From Eledone cirrhosa (taxonomy: Eukaryota), in the NCBI GenBank assembly GCA_964016885.1, contig OZ024744.1:13640001-13704000 (forward strand): a stretch of 64,000 bases of DNA. The letters run 5' to 3'. This document shows, piece by piece, positions 42,601 to 57,899 of this stretch. Below the pieces are notes generated by a model that saw only the letters and a list, made by a program, of their open reading frames with translations, did no database searches and was not told the DNA's origin. The translations under genes were made by a program, and so were the position numbers. The stretch's first letter is position 1. Each line of letters starts with the position of its first letter.

Positions 42601-45600
42601 ATTGAGAGATCACAACTCCCATACTATGGACATGTGGTTAGAATGTCTCAGTAGATCAGAGAGTCACTCCAGTTAAAGCTACTCTCTAAATTGAGAGATC
42701 ACAACTCCCATACTATGGACATGGGGTTTGAATGTCTAAGTAGATCAGAGATTCATTCCAGTTAAAGCTACTCTCTAAATTGAGAGATCACAACTCCAAT
42801 ACTATGGACATGGGGTTTGATTGTCTCAGTAGATCAGAGTGTCACTCCAGTTAAAGCTACTCTCTAAATTGAGAGATCACAACTCCAATACTATGGACAT
42901 GTGGTTAGAATGTCTCAGTAGATTAGAGTGTCAATCCAGTTAAAACTACTCTCTAAATTGAGAGATCACAACTCCCATACTATGGACATGTGGGTAGAAT
43001 GTCTCAGTAGTTCAGAGAGTCACTCCAGTTAAAGCTACTCTCTAAATTGAGAGATCACAACTCCAATACTATGGACATGGGGTTTGAAAGTCTCAGTAGA
43101 TCAGAGTGTCACTCCAGTTAAAGCTCCTCTCTAAATTGAGAGATTACAACTCCAATACTATGGACATGTGGTTAGAATGTCTCAGTAGATTAGGGAGTCA
43201 CTCCAGTTAAAGCCACTCTCTAAATTGAGAGATCACAACTCCAATAATATAGACATGGGGTTAGAATGTCTCAGTAGAACAGAGTGTCACTCCAGTTAAA
43301 GCCACTCTCTCAATTGAGAGATCACAACTCCAATACTATAGACATGGGGTTTGAATGTCTCAGTAGATCAGAGAGTCACTCCAGTTAAAGCTACTCTCTA
43401 AATTGAGAGATCACAACTCCAATACTATGGACAAGGGGTTTGAAAGTCTCAGTAGATCAGAGTGTCACTCAAGTTAAAGCTACTCTCTAAATTGAGAGAT
43501 TACAACTCCAATACTATGGACATGGGGTTTCAATGTCTCAGTAGATCAGAAAGTCACTCCAGTTAAAGCTACTCTCTAAATTGAGAGATCACAACTCCAA
43601 TAATATGGACATGTGATTAGAATGTCTCAGTAGATCAGAGAGTCATTCCAGTTAAAGCCACTCTCTAAATTGAGAGATCACAACTACCATACTATGAACA
43701 TGTGGTTAGAATGTCTCACTAGATCAGAGAGTCACTCCAGTTAAAGCCACTCTCTAAATTGAGAGATCACAACTCCCATACTATGGACATGTGGTTAGAA
43801 TGTCTCAGTAGATCAGAAAGTCACTCCAGTTAAAGCTACACTCTAAATTGAGAGATCACAATTCCTATACTATGGACATGGGGTTAGAATGTCTCAGTAG
43901 ATCAGAGTGTCACTCCAGTTAAAGCCACTCTCTAAATTGAGGGATCACAACTCCCATACTATGGACATGTGGTTAGAATGTCTCAGTAGATCAGAGAGTC
44001 ACTCCAGTTAAAGCCACTCTCTAAATTGAGAGATCACAACTCCAATACTATGGACATGGGGTTTGAAAGTCTCAGTAGATTAGAGTGTCACTCCAGTTAA
44101 AGTTACTCTCTAAATTGAGAGATCACAACTCCAATACTATGGACATGTGGTTAGAATGTCTCAGTAGATTAGAGTGTCAATCCAGTTAAAGCTACTCTCC
44201 AAATTGAGAGATCACAACTCCCATACTATGGACATGTGGATAGAATGTCACAGTAGATCAGAGAGTCACTCCAGTTAAAGCCACTAATTCTCTAAATTGA
44301 GAGATCACAACTCCCATACTATGGACATGGGGTTTGAATGTCTCAGTAGATCAGAGATTCACTCCAGTTAAAGCTACTCTCTAAATTGAGAGATCACAAC
44401 TCCAATACTATGGACATGGGGTTTGAAAGTCTCCGTAGATCAGAGTGTCACTCCAGTTAAAGCTACTCTCTAAATTGAGAGATTACAACTCCAATACTAT
44501 GGACATGTGGTTAGAATGTCTCAGTAGATTAGGGAGTCACTCCAGTTAAAGCCACTCTCTAAATTGAGAGATCACAACTCCAATACTATGGACATGGGGT
44601 TAGAATGTCTCAGTAGATCAGAGTGTCACTCCAGTTAAAGCCACTCTCTAAATTGAGAGATCACAACTTCCATACTATGGACATGTGGTTAGAATGTCTC
44701 AGTAGATCAGAGAGTCATTCCAGTTAAAGCAACTCTCTAAGTTGAGAGATCACAACTCCAATACTATGGTCATGTGGTTAGAATGTCTCAGTAGATCAGA
44801 GAGTCACTCCAGTTAAAGCCACTCTCTAAATTGAGAGATCACAACTCCAATAATATGGACATGGGGTTTGAATGTCACAGTACATCAGAGTGTCACTCTA
44901 GTTAATGTTACTCTCTAAATTGAGAGATCACAACTCCAATACTATAGACATGGGGTTTGAATGTCTCAGTAGATCAGAGAGTCACTCCAGTTAAAGCTAC
45001 TCTCTAACTTGAGAGATCACAACTCCAATACTATGGACAAGGGGTTTGAAAGTCTCAGTAGATCAGAGTGTCACTACAGTTAAAGCTACTCTCTAAATTG
45101 AGAGATTACAACTCCAATACTATGGACATGGGGTTTCAATGTCTCAGTAGATCAGAGAGTCACTCCAGTTAAAGCTACTCTCTAAATTGAGAGATCACAA
45201 CTCCAATAATATGGACATGTGATTAGAATGTCTCAGTAGATCAGAGAGTCATTCCAGTTAAAGCCACTCTCTAAATTGAGAGATCACAACTCCCATACTA
45301 TGGACATGTGGTTAGAATGTCTCAGTAGATCAGAAAGTCACTCCAGTTAAAGCTACACTCTAAATTGAGAGATCACAATTCCTATACTATGGACATGGGG
45401 TTAGAATGTCTCAGTAGATCAGAGTGTCACTCCAGTTAAAGCCACTCTCTAAATTGAGGGATCACAACTCCCATACTATGGACATGTGGTTAGAATGTCT
45501 CAGTAGATCAGAGAGTCACTCCAGTTAAAGCCACTCTCTAAATTGAGAGATCACAACTCCAATACTATGGACATGGGGTTTGAAAGTCTCAGTAGACTAG

Positions 45601-48600
45601 AGTGTCACTCCAGTTAAAGTTACTCTCTAAATTGAGAGATCACAACTCCCATACTATGGACATGTGGGTAGAATGTCTCAGTAGATCAGAGAGTCACTCC
45701 AGTTAAAGCCACTAATTCTCTAAATTGAGAGATCACAACTCCCATACTATGGACATGTGGTTAGAATGTCTCAGTAGATCAGAGAGTCGCTCAAGTTAAA
45801 GCCACTCTCTAAATTGAGAGATCACATCTCCAATACTATGGATATGTGGTTAGAATGTCTCAGTAGATCAGAGTGTCACTCCAGTTAAAGCTACTCTCTA
45901 AATTGAGAGATCACAACTCCCATACTATGGACATGTGTTTAGAATGTCTCATTAGATTAGAGTGTCAATCCAGTTAAAGCTACTCTCTAAATTGAGAGAT
46001 CACAACTCCCATACTATGGACATGTGGGTAGAATGTCTCAGTAGATCAGAGAGTCACTCCAGTTAAAGCCACTAATTCTCTAAATTGAGAGATCACAACT
46101 CCCATACTATGGACATGGGGTTTGAAAGTCTCAGTAGATCAGAGATTCACTCCAGTTGAAGCCACTCTCTAAATTGAGAGATCACAACTCCAATACTATG
46201 GACATGGGGTTAGAATGTCTCAGTAGATCAGAGTGTCACTCCAGTTAAAGCCACTCTCTAAATTGAGAGATCACAACTTCCATACTATGGACATGTGGTT
46301 AGAATGTCTCAGTAGATCAGAGAGTCACTCCAGTTAAAGCAACTCTCTAAGTTGAGAGATCACAACTCCAATAATATGGACATGGGGTTTGAATGTCTCA
46401 GTACATCAGAGTGTCACTCCAGTTAAAGTTACTCTCTAAATTGAGAGATCACAACTCCAATACTATGGACATGGGGTTTGAATGTCTCAGTAGATCAGAG
46501 AGTCACTCCAGTTAACGCTACTTTCTAAATTGAGAGATCACAACTCCAATACTATGGACATGGGGTTTGAAAGTCTCAGTAGATCAGAGTGTCACTCCAG
46601 TTAAAGCTACTCTCTAAATTGAGAGATTACAACTCAAATACTATGGACATGGGGTTTCAATGTCTCAGTAGATCAGAGAGTCACTCCAGTTAAAGCTACT
46701 CTCTAAATTGAGAGATCACAACTCCCATACTATGGACATGTGGTTAGAATGTCTCAGTAGATCAGAGAGTCATTCCAGTTAAAGCTACTCTCTAAATTGA
46801 GAGATCACAACTCCCATACTATGGACATGTGGTTAGAATGTCTCAGTAGATCAGAGAGTCACTCCAGTTAAAGCCACTCTCTAAATTGAGAGATCACAAC
46901 TCCCATACTAAGGACATGTGTTTAGAATGTCTCAGTAGATCAGAGAGTCAATCCAGTTAAAGCTACTCTCTAAATTGAGAGATCACAACTCCCATACTAT
47001 GGACATGTGGTTAGAATGTCTCAGTAGATCAGAGAGTCACTCCAGTTAAAGCCACTCTCTAAATTGAGAGATCACAACTCCCATACTATGGATATGTGGG
47101 TAGAATGTCTCAGTAGATCAGAGAGTCACTCCAGTTAAAGCCACACTCAAAATTGAGAGATCACAACTCCAATACTATGGACATGTGGTTAGAATGTCTC
47201 AGTAGATCAGAGTGTCACTCCAGTTAAAGCCACTCTCTAAATTGAGAGATCACAACTTCCATACTATGGACATGTGGTTAGAATGTCTCAGTAGATCAGA
47301 GATTCACTCCAGTTAAAGCTACTCTCTAAATTGAGAGATCACAACTCCCATACTATGGACATGGGGTTTGAATGTCTCATTAGATCAGAGAGTCACTCCA
47401 GTTAAAGCTACTCTCTAAATTCTGAGATCACAACTCCAATACTATGGACATGGGGTTTGAATGTCCCAGTAGATCAGAGAGTCACTTCAGTTAAAGCTAC
47501 TCTCTAAATTGAGAGATCACAACTCCAATACTATGGACATGGGGTTTGAAAGTCTCAGTAGATCAGAGTGTCACTCCAGTTAAAACTACTCTCTAAATTG
47601 AGAGATTACAACTCCAATACTATGGACATGTGGTTTGAATGTCTCAGTAGATCAGAGAGTCACTCCAGTTAAAGCTACTCTCTAAATTGAGAGATCACAA
47701 CTCCCATACTATGGACATGTGGTTAGAATGTCTCAGTAGATCAGAGAGTCACTCCAGTTAAAGCCACTCTCTAAATTGAAAGATCACAACTCCTATACTA
47801 TGGACATGTGTTTAGAATGTCTCAGTATATCAGAAAGTCACTCCAGTTAAAGCTACACTCTAAATTGAGAGATCACAGCTCCTATACTATGGACATGGGG
47901 TTAGAATGTCTCAGTAGATCAGAGTGTCACTCCAGTTAAAGCCACTCTCTAAATTGAGAGATCACAACTCCCATACTATGGACATGTGGTTAGAATGTCT
48001 CAGTAGATCAGGGAGTCACTCCAGTTAAAGCCACTCTCTAAATTGAGAGATCACAACTCGCATACTATGGACATGTGGTTAGAATGTCTCAGTAGATCAG
48101 AGAGTCACTCCAGTTAAAGCCACTCTCTAAATTGAGAGATCACAACTCCCATACTATGGATATGTCGGTAGAATGTCTCAGTAGATCAGAGAGTGACTCC
48201 AGTTAAAGCCACACTCAAAATTGAGAGATCACAACTCCAATACTATGGACATGTGGTTAGAATGTCTCAGTAGATCAGAGTGTCACTCCAGTTAAAGCCA
48301 CTCTCTAAATTGAGAGATCACAACTTCCATACTATGGACATGTGGTTAGAATGTCTCAGTAGATCAGAGATTCACTCCAGTTAAAGCTACTCTCTAAATT
48401 GAGAGATCACAACTCCCATACTATGGACATGTGTTTAGAATGTCTCATTAGATTAGAGTGTCAATCCAGTTAAAGCTACTCTCTAAATTGAGAGATCACA
48501 ACTCCCATACTATGGACATGTGGGTAGAATGTCTCAGTAGATCAGAGAGTCACTCCAGTTAAAGCCACTAATTCTCTAAATTGAGAGATCAAAACTCCCA

Positions 48601-49882
48601 TACTATGGACATGGGGTTTGAATGTCTCAGTAGATCAGAGTGTCACTCCAGTTAAAGCCACTCTCTAAATTGAGCGATCACAACTTCCATACTATGGACA
48701 TGTGGTTAGAATGTCTCAGTAGATCAGAGAGTCACTCCAGTTAAAGCAACTCTATAAGTTGAGAGATCACAACTCCAATACTATGGTCATGTGGTTAGAA
48801 TGTCTCAGTAGATCAGAGAGTCACTCCAGTTAAAGCCACTCTCTAAATTGAGAGATCACAACTCCAATACTATGGACATGGGGTTTGAATGTCTCAGTAG
48901 ATCAGAGAGTCACTCCAGTTAAAGCTACTCTCTAAATTGAGAGATCACAACTCCAATACTATGGACATGGAGTTTGAAAGTCTCAGTAGATCAGAGTGTC
49001 ACTCCAGTTAAAGCTACTCTCTAAATTGAGAGATTACAACTCAAATACTATGGACATGGGGTTTGAATGTCTCAGTAGATCAGAGAGTCAATCCAGTTAA
49101 AGCTACTCTCTAAATTGAGAGATCACAACTCCTATACTATGGACATGGGGTTAGAATGTCTCAGTAGATCAGAGTGTCACTCCAGTTAAAGCCACTCTCT
49201 AAATTGAGAGATCACAACTCCCATAGTATGGACATGTGGTTAGAATGTCTCAGTAGATCAGGGAGTCACTCCAGTTAAAGCCACTCTCTAAATTGAGAGA
49301 TCACAAATCGCATACTATGGACATGTGGTTAGAATGTCTCAGTAGATCAGAGAGTCACTCCAGTTAAAGCCACTCTCTAAATTGAGAGATCACAACTCCC
49401 ATACTATGGATATGTGGGTAGAATGTCTCAGTAGATCAGAGAGTCACTCCAGTTAAAGCCACACTCAAAATTGAGAGATCACAACTCCAATACTATGGAC
49501 ATGTGGTTAGAATGTCTCAGTAGATCAGAGTGTCACTCCAGTTAAAGCCACTCTCTAAATTGAGAGATCACAACTTCCATACTATGGACATGTGGTTAGA
49601 ATGTCTCAGTAGATCAGAGATTCACTCCAGTTAAAGCTACTCTCTAAATTGAGAGATCACAACTCCCTTACTATGGACATGGGGTTTGAATGTCTCAGTA
49701 GATCAGAGAGTCAATCCAGTTAAAGCTACTCTCTAAATTGAGAGATCACAACTCCAATATTATGGACATGGGGTTTGAAAGTCTCAGTAGATCAGAGTGT
49801 CACTCCAGGTAAAGCTACTCTCTGAATTCTGAGATCACAACTCCAATACTATGGACATGGGGTTTGAATGTCTCAGTAGATC

Positions 49883-52800
49883 AGAGAGTCACTTCAGTTA
49901 AAGCTACTCTCTAAATTGAGAGATCACAACTCCAATACTATGGACATGGGGTTTGAAAGTCTCAGTAGATCAGAGTGTCACTCCAGTTAAAGCTACTCTC
50001 TAAATTGAGATATTACAACTCCAATACTATGGACATGGGGTTTGAATGTCTCAGTAGATCAGAGAGTCACTCCAGTTAAAGCTACTCTCTAAATTGAGAG
50101 ATCACAACTCCCATACTATGGACATGTGTTTAGAATGTCTCAGTAAATCAGAAAGTCACCCCAGTTAAAGCTACACTCTAAATTGAGAGATCACACCTCC
50201 TATACTATGGACATGGGGTTAGAATGTCTCAGTAGATCAGAGTGTCACTCCAGTTAAAGCCACTCTCTAAATTGAGAAATCACAACTCCCATTCTATGGA
50301 CATGTGGTTAGAATGTCTCAGTAGATCAGAGAGTCACTCCAGTTAAAGCCACTCTCTAAATTGAGAGATCACAACTCCAATACTATGGACATGTGGTTAG
50401 AATGTCTCAGTAGATTAGAGTGTCATTCCAGTTAAAGCTACTCTCTAAATTGAGAGATCACAACTTCCATACTATGGACATGTGAGTAGAATGTCTCAGT
50501 AGATCAGAGAGTCACTCCAGTTAAAGCCACTAATTTTCTAAGTTGAGAGATCACAACTCCCATACTATGGACATGTGGTTAGAATGTCTCAGTAGATCAG
50601 AGAGTCACTCCAGTTAAAGCTACTCTCTAAATTGAGAGATCACAACTCCCATACTATGGACATGTGGTTAGAATGTCTCAGTAGATCAGAGAGTCACTCC
50701 AGTTAAAGCTACTCTCTAAATTGAGAGATCACAACTCCCATACTATGGACATGGGGTTTGAATGTCTCAGTAGATCAGAGAGTCACTCCAGTTAAAGCTA
50801 CTCACTAAATTGAGAGATCACAACTCCCATACCATGGACATGGGGTTTGAATGTCTCAGTAGATCAGAGATTCACTCCAGTTAAAGCTACTCTCTAAATT
50901 GAGAGATAACAACTCCAATACTATGGACATGTGGTTAGAATGTCTCAGTAGATTAGAGTGTCAATCCAGTTAAAGCTACTCTCTAAATTGAGAGATCACA
51001 ACTCCCATACTATGGACATGTGGGTAGAATGTCACAGTAGATCAGAGAGTCACTCCAGTTAAAGCCACTAGTTCTCTAAATTGAGAGATCACAACTCCCA
51101 TACTATTGACATGGGGTTTGAAAGTCTCAGTAGATCAAAGTGTCACTCCAGTTAAAGCTACTCTCTAAATTGAGAGATCACAACTCCAATACTATGGACA
51201 TGGGGTTTGAAAGTCTCAGTAGATCAGAGAGTCACTCCAGTTCAAGCTACTCTCTAAATTGAGAGATCACAACTCCCATACTATGGAAATGTGGTTAGAA
51301 TGTCTCAGTAGATCAGAGAGTCACTCCAGTTAAAGCCACTCTCTAAATTGAGAGATCACAACTCCCATACTATGGACATGTGGTTAGAATGTCTCAGTAG
51401 ATCAGAAAGTCACTCCAGTTAAAGCTACACTCTAAATTGAGAGATCACAACTCCCATACTATGGACATGTGGTTAGAATGTCTCAGTAGATCAGATAGTC
51501 ACTCCAGTTAAGCCACTCTCTAAATTGAGAGATCACAACTTCAATACTATGGACATGTGGTTAGAATGTCTCAGTAGATCAGAGAGTCACTCCAGTTAAA
51601 GCTACTCACTAAATTGAGAGATCACAACTCCCATACCATGGACATGGGGTTTGAATGTCTCAGTAGATCAGAGATTCACTCCAGTTAAAGCTACTCTATA
51701 AATTGAGAGATAACAACTCCAATACTATGGACATGTAGTTAGAATGTCTCAGTAGATTAGAGAGTCAATCCTGTTAAAGCTACTCTCTAAATTGAGAGAT
51801 CACAACTCCCATACTATGGACATGTGGGTAGAATGTCTCAGTAGATCAGAGAGTCACTCCAGTTAAAGCGACTAATTCTCTGAATTGAGAGATCACAACT
51901 CCCCTACTATGGACATGGGGTTTGAATGTCTCAGTAGATCAGAGATTCACTCCAGTTAAAGCTACTCTCTAAATTGAGAGATCACAACTCCAATACTATG
52001 GACATGGTGTTTGAAAGTCTCAGTAGATCAGAGTGGCACTCCAGTTAAAGCTACTCTCTAAATTGAGAGATTACAACTCCAATACTATGGACATGTGGTT
52101 AGAATGTCTCAGTAGATTAGAGAGTCACTCCAGTTAAAGCCACTCTCTAAATTGAGAGATCACAACTCCAATACTATGGACATGGGGTTAGAATGTCTCA
52201 GTAGATCAGAGTATCACTCCAGTTAAAGACACTCTCTAAATTGAGAGATCACAACTTCCATACTATGGACATGTGGTTGGAATGTCTCAGTAGATCAGAG
52301 AGTCACTCCAGTTAAAGCAACTCTCTAAGTTGAGAGATCACAACTCCAATACTATGGTCATGTGGTTAGAATGTCTCATTAGATCAGAGAGTCACTCCAG
52401 TTAAAGCCACTCTCTAAATTGAGAGATCACAACTCCAATAATATGGACATGGGGTTTGAATGTCTCAGTACATCAGCATGTCTCTCCAGTTAAAGTTACT
52501 CTCTAAATTGAGAGATCACAACTCCAATACTATGGACATGGGGTTTGAATGTCTCAGTAGATCAGAGAGTCACTCCAGTTAAAGCTACTCTCTAAATTGA
52601 GAGATCACAACTTCAATACTATGGACATGGGGTTTGAAAGTCTCAGTAGATCAGAGTGTCACTCCAGTTAAAGCTACTCTCTAAATTGAGAGATTACAAC
52701 TCCAATACTATGGACATGGGGTTTGAATGTCTCAGTAGATTAGAGAGTCACTCCAGTTAAAGCTACTCTCTAAATTGAGAGATCACAACTCCCATACTAT

Positions 52801-55800
52801 GGATATGTGGTTAGAATGTCTCAGTAGATCAGAGAGTCACTCCAGTTAAAGCTACTCTCTAAATTGAGAGATCACAACTCCCATACTATGGAGATGTGGT
52901 TAGAATGTCTCAGTAGATCAGAGAGTCACTCCAGTTAAAGCCACTCTCTAAATTGAGAGATCACAACTCCCATACTATGGACATGTGTTTAGAGTGTCTC
53001 AGTAGATCAGAGAGTCAATCCAGTTAAAGCTACTCTCTAAATTGAGAGATCACAACTCCTATACTATGGACATGGGGTTAGAACGTCTCAGTAGATCAGA
53101 GTGTCACTCCAGTTAAAGCCACTCTCTAAATTGAGAGATCACAACTCCCATACTATGGACATGTTGTTAGAATGTCTCAGTAGATCAGAGAGTCACTCCA
53201 GTTAAAGCCACTCTCTAAATTGAGAGATCACAACTCGCATACTATGGACATGTGGTTAGAATGTCTCAGTAGATCAGAGAGTCACTCCAGTTAAAGCTAC
53301 TCTCTAAATTGAGAGATCACAACTCCCATAGTATGGACATGTGGTTAGAATGTCTCAGTAGATCAGAGAGACACTCCAGTTAAAGCCACTCTCTAAATTG
53401 AGAGATCACAACTCCCATACTATGGACATGTGGTGAGAATGTCTCAGTAGATCAGAGAGTCACTCCAGTTAAAGCTACTCTCTAAATTGAGAGATCACAA
53501 CTCCTATACTATGGACATGGGGATAGAATGTCTCAGTAGATCAGAGCGTCACTCCAGTTAAAGCCACTCTCTAAATTGAGAGATCACAACTCCAATACTA
53601 TGGACATGTGGTTAGAATGTCTCAGTAGATTAGAGAGTCACTTCAGTTAAAGCTACTCTCTAAATTGAGAGATCACAACTCCAATACTATGGACATGGGG
53701 TTTGAAAGTCTCAGTAGATCAGAGTGTCACTCCAGTTAAAGCTACTCTCTAAATTGAGATATTACAACTCCAATACTATGGACATGGGGTTTGAATGTCT
53801 CAGTAGATCAGAGAGTCACTCCAGTTAAAGCTACTCTCTAAATTGAGAGATCACAACTCCCATACTATGGACATGTGTTTAGAATGTCTCAGTAAATCAG
53901 AAAGTCACCCCAGTTAAAGCTACACTCTAAATTGAGAGATCACACCTCCTATACTATGGACATGGGGTTAGAATGTCTCAGTAGATCAGAGTGTCACTCC
54001 AGTTAAAGCCACTCTCTAAATTGAGAAATCACAACTCCCATTCTATGGACATGTGGTTAGAATGTCTCAGTAGATCAGAGAGTCACTCCAGTTAAAGCCA
54101 CTCTCTAAATTGAGAGATCACAACTCCAATACTATGGACATGTGGTTAGAATGTCTCAGTAGATTAGAGTGTCATTCCAGTTAAAGCTACTCTCTAAATT
54201 GAGAGATCACAACTTCCATACTATGGACATGTGAGTAGAATGTCTCAGTAGATCAGAGAGTCACTCCAGTTAAAGCCACTAATTTTCTAAGTTGAGAGAT
54301 CACAACTCCCATACTATGGACATGTGGTTAGAATGTCTCAGTAGATCAGAGAGTCACTCCAGTTAAAGCTACTCTCTAAATTGAGAGATCACAACTCCCA
54401 TACTATGGACATGTGGTTAGAATGTCTCAGTAGATCAGAGAGTCACTCCAGTTAAAGCTACTCTCTAAATTGAGAGATCACAACTCCCATACTATGGACA
54501 TGGGGTTTGAATGTCTCAGTAGATCAGAGAGTCACTCCAGTTAAAGCTACTCACTAAATTGAGAGATCACAACTCCCATACCATGGACATGGGGTTTGAA
54601 TGTCTCAGTAGATCAGAGATTCACTCCAGTTAAAGCTACTCTCTAAATTGAGAGATAACAACTCCAATACTATGGACATGTGGTTAGAATGTCTCAGTAG
54701 ATTAGAGTGTCAATCCAGTTAAAGCTACTCTCTAAATTGAGAGATCACAACTCCCATACTATGGACATGTGGGTAGAATGTCACAGTAGATCAGAGAGTC
54801 ACTCCAGTTAAAGCCACTAGTTCTCTAAATTGAGAGATCACAACTCCCATACTATTGACATGGGGTTTGAAAGTCTCAGTAGATCAAAGTGTCACTCCAG
54901 TTAAAGCTACTCTCTAAATTGAGAGATCACAACTCCAATACTATGGACATGGGGTTTGAAAGTCTCAGTAGATCAGAGAGTCACTCCAGTTCAAGCTACT
55001 CTCTAAATTGAGAGATCACAACTCCCATACTATGGAAATGTGGTTAGAATGTCTCAGTAGATCAGAGAGTCACTCCAGTTAAAGCCACTCTCTAAATTGA
55101 GAGATCACAACTCCCATACTATGGACATGTGGTTAGAATGTCTCAGTAGATCAGAAAGTCACTCCAGTTAAAGCTACACTCTAAATTGAGAGATCACAAC
55201 TCCCATACTATGGACATGTGGTTAGAATGTCTCAGTAGATCAGATAGTCACTCCAGTTAAGCCACTCTCTAAATTGAGAGATCACAACTTCAATACTATG
55301 GACATGTGGTTAGAATGTCTCAGTAGATCAGAGAGTCACTCCAGTTAAAGCTACTCACTAAATTGAGAGATCACAACTCCCATACCATGGACATGGGGTT
55401 TGAATGTCTCAGTAGATCAGAGATTCACTCCAGTTAAAGCTACTCTATAAATTGAGAGATAACAACTCCAATACTATGGACATGTAGTTAGAATGTCTCA
55501 GTAGATTAGAGAGTCAATCCTGTTAAAGCTACTCTCTAAATTGAGAGATCACAACTCCCATACTATGGACATGTGGGTAGAATGTCTCAGTAGATCAGAG
55601 AGTCACTCCAGTTAAAGCGACTAATTCTCTGAATTGAGAGATCACAACTCCCCTACTATGGACATGGGGTTTGAATGTCTCAGTAGATCAGAGATTCACT
55701 CCAGTTAAAGCTACTCTCTAAATTGAGAGATCACAACTCCAATACTATGGACATGGTGTTTGAAAGTCTCAGTAGATCAGAGTGGCACTCCAGTTAAAGC

Positions 55801-57391
55801 TACTCTCTAAATTGAGAGATTACAACTCCAATACTATGGACATGTGGTTAGAATGTCTCAGTAGATTAGAGAGTCACTCCAGTTAAAGCCACTCTCTAAA
55901 TTGAGAGATCACAACTCCAATACTATGGACATGGGGTTAGAATGTCTCAGTAGATCAGAGTATCACTCCAGTTAAAGACACTCTCTAAATTGAGAGATCA
56001 CAACTTCCATACTATGGACATGTGGTTGGAATGTCTCAGTAGATCAGAGAGTCACTCCAGTTAAAGCAACTCTCTAAGTTGAGAGATCACAACTCCAATA
56101 CTATGGTCATGTGGTTAGAATGTCTCATTAGATCAGAGAGTCACTCCAGTTAAAGCCACTCTCTAAATTGAGAGATCACAACTCCAATAATATGGACATG
56201 GGGTTTGAATGTCTCAGTACATCAGCATGTCTCTCCAGTTAAAGTTACTCTCTAAATTGAGAGATCACAACTCCAATACTATGGACATGGGGTTTGAATG
56301 TCTCAGTAGATCAGAGAGTCACTCCAGTTAAAGCTACTCTCTAAATTGAGAGATCACAACTTCAATACTATGGACATGGGGTTTGAAAGTCTCAGTAGAT
56401 CAGAGTGTCACTCCAGTTAAAGCTACTCTCTAAATTGAGAGATTACAACTCCAATACTATGGACATGGGGTTTGAATGTCTCAGTAGATTAGAGAGTCAC
56501 TCCAGTTAAAGCTACTCTCTAAATTGAGAGATCACAACTCCCATACTATGGATATGTGGTTAGAATGTCTCAGTAGATCAGAGAGTCACTCCAGTTAAAG
56601 CTACTCTCTAAATTGAGAGATCACAACTCCCATACTATGGAGATGTGGTTAGAATGTCTCAGTAGATCAGAGAGTCACTCCAGTTAAAGCCACTCTCTAA
56701 ATTGAGAGATCACAACTCCCATACTATGGACATGTGTTTAGAGTGTCTCAGTAGATCAGAGAGTCAATCCAGTTAAAGCTACTCTCTAAATTGAGAGATC
56801 ACAACTCCTATACTATGGACATGGGGTTAGAACGTCTCAGTAGATCAGAGTGTCACTCCAGTTAAAGCCACTCTCTAAATTGAGAGATCACAACTCCCAT
56901 ACTATGGACATGTTGTTAGAATGTCTCAGTAGATCAGAGAGTCACTCCAGTTAAAGCCACTCTCTAAATTGAGAGATCACAACTCGCATACTATGGACAT
57001 GTGGTTAGAATGTCTCAGTAGATCAGAGAGTCACTCCAGTTAAAGCTACTCTCTAAATTGAGAGATCACAACTCCCATAGTATGGACATGTGGTTAGAAT
57101 GTCTCAGTAGATCAGAGAGACACTCCAGTTAAAGCCACTCTCTAAATTGAGAGATCACAACTCCCATACTATGGACATGTGGTGAGAATGTCTCAGTAGA
57201 TCAGAGAGTCACTCCAGTTAAAGCTACTCTCTAAATTGAGAGATCACAACTCCTATACTATGGACATGGGGATAGAATGTCTCAGTAGATCAGAGCGTCA
57301 CTCCAGTTAAAGCCACTCTCTAAATTGAGAGATCACAACTCCAATACTATGGACATGTGGTTAGAATGTCTCAGTAGATTAGAGAGTCACT
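49883..57391 (+). repeat. 42-monomer (3749 bp) near-perfect tandem duplication
   Basis: Private markers TATTACAACT at 50011/53760 and CATCAGCATG at 52471/56220 give offset 3749 (42x89+3x4-1). The other rare variants I checked also recur at this offset. Confidence 0.95.
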
Positions 57392-57899
57392 CCAGTTACA
57401 GCCACTCTCTAAATTGAGAGATCACAACTCCAATACTATGGACATGTGGTTAGAATGTCTCAGTAGATCAGAGTGTCAATCCAGTTAAAGTTACTCTCTA
57501 AATTGAGAGATCACAACTCCAATACTATGGACATGGGGTTTGAATGTCTCAGTAGATCAGAGAGTCACTCCAGTTAAAGCTACACTCTAAATTGAGAGAT
57601 CACAACTCCAATACTATGGACATGTGGTTAGAATGTCTCAGTAGATCAGAAAGTCACTCCAGTTAAAGCTACACTCTAAATTGAGAGATCACAACTCCCA
57701 TACTATGGACATGTGGTTAGAATGTCTCAGTAGATTAGAGTGTCAATCCAGTTAAAGCTACTCTCTAAATTGAGAGATCACAACTCCCATACTATGGACA
57801 TGTGGGTAGAATGTCTCAGTAGATCAGAGAGTCACTCCAGTTAAAGCCACTAATTCTCTAAATTGAGAGATCACAACTCCCATACTATGGACATGTGGT

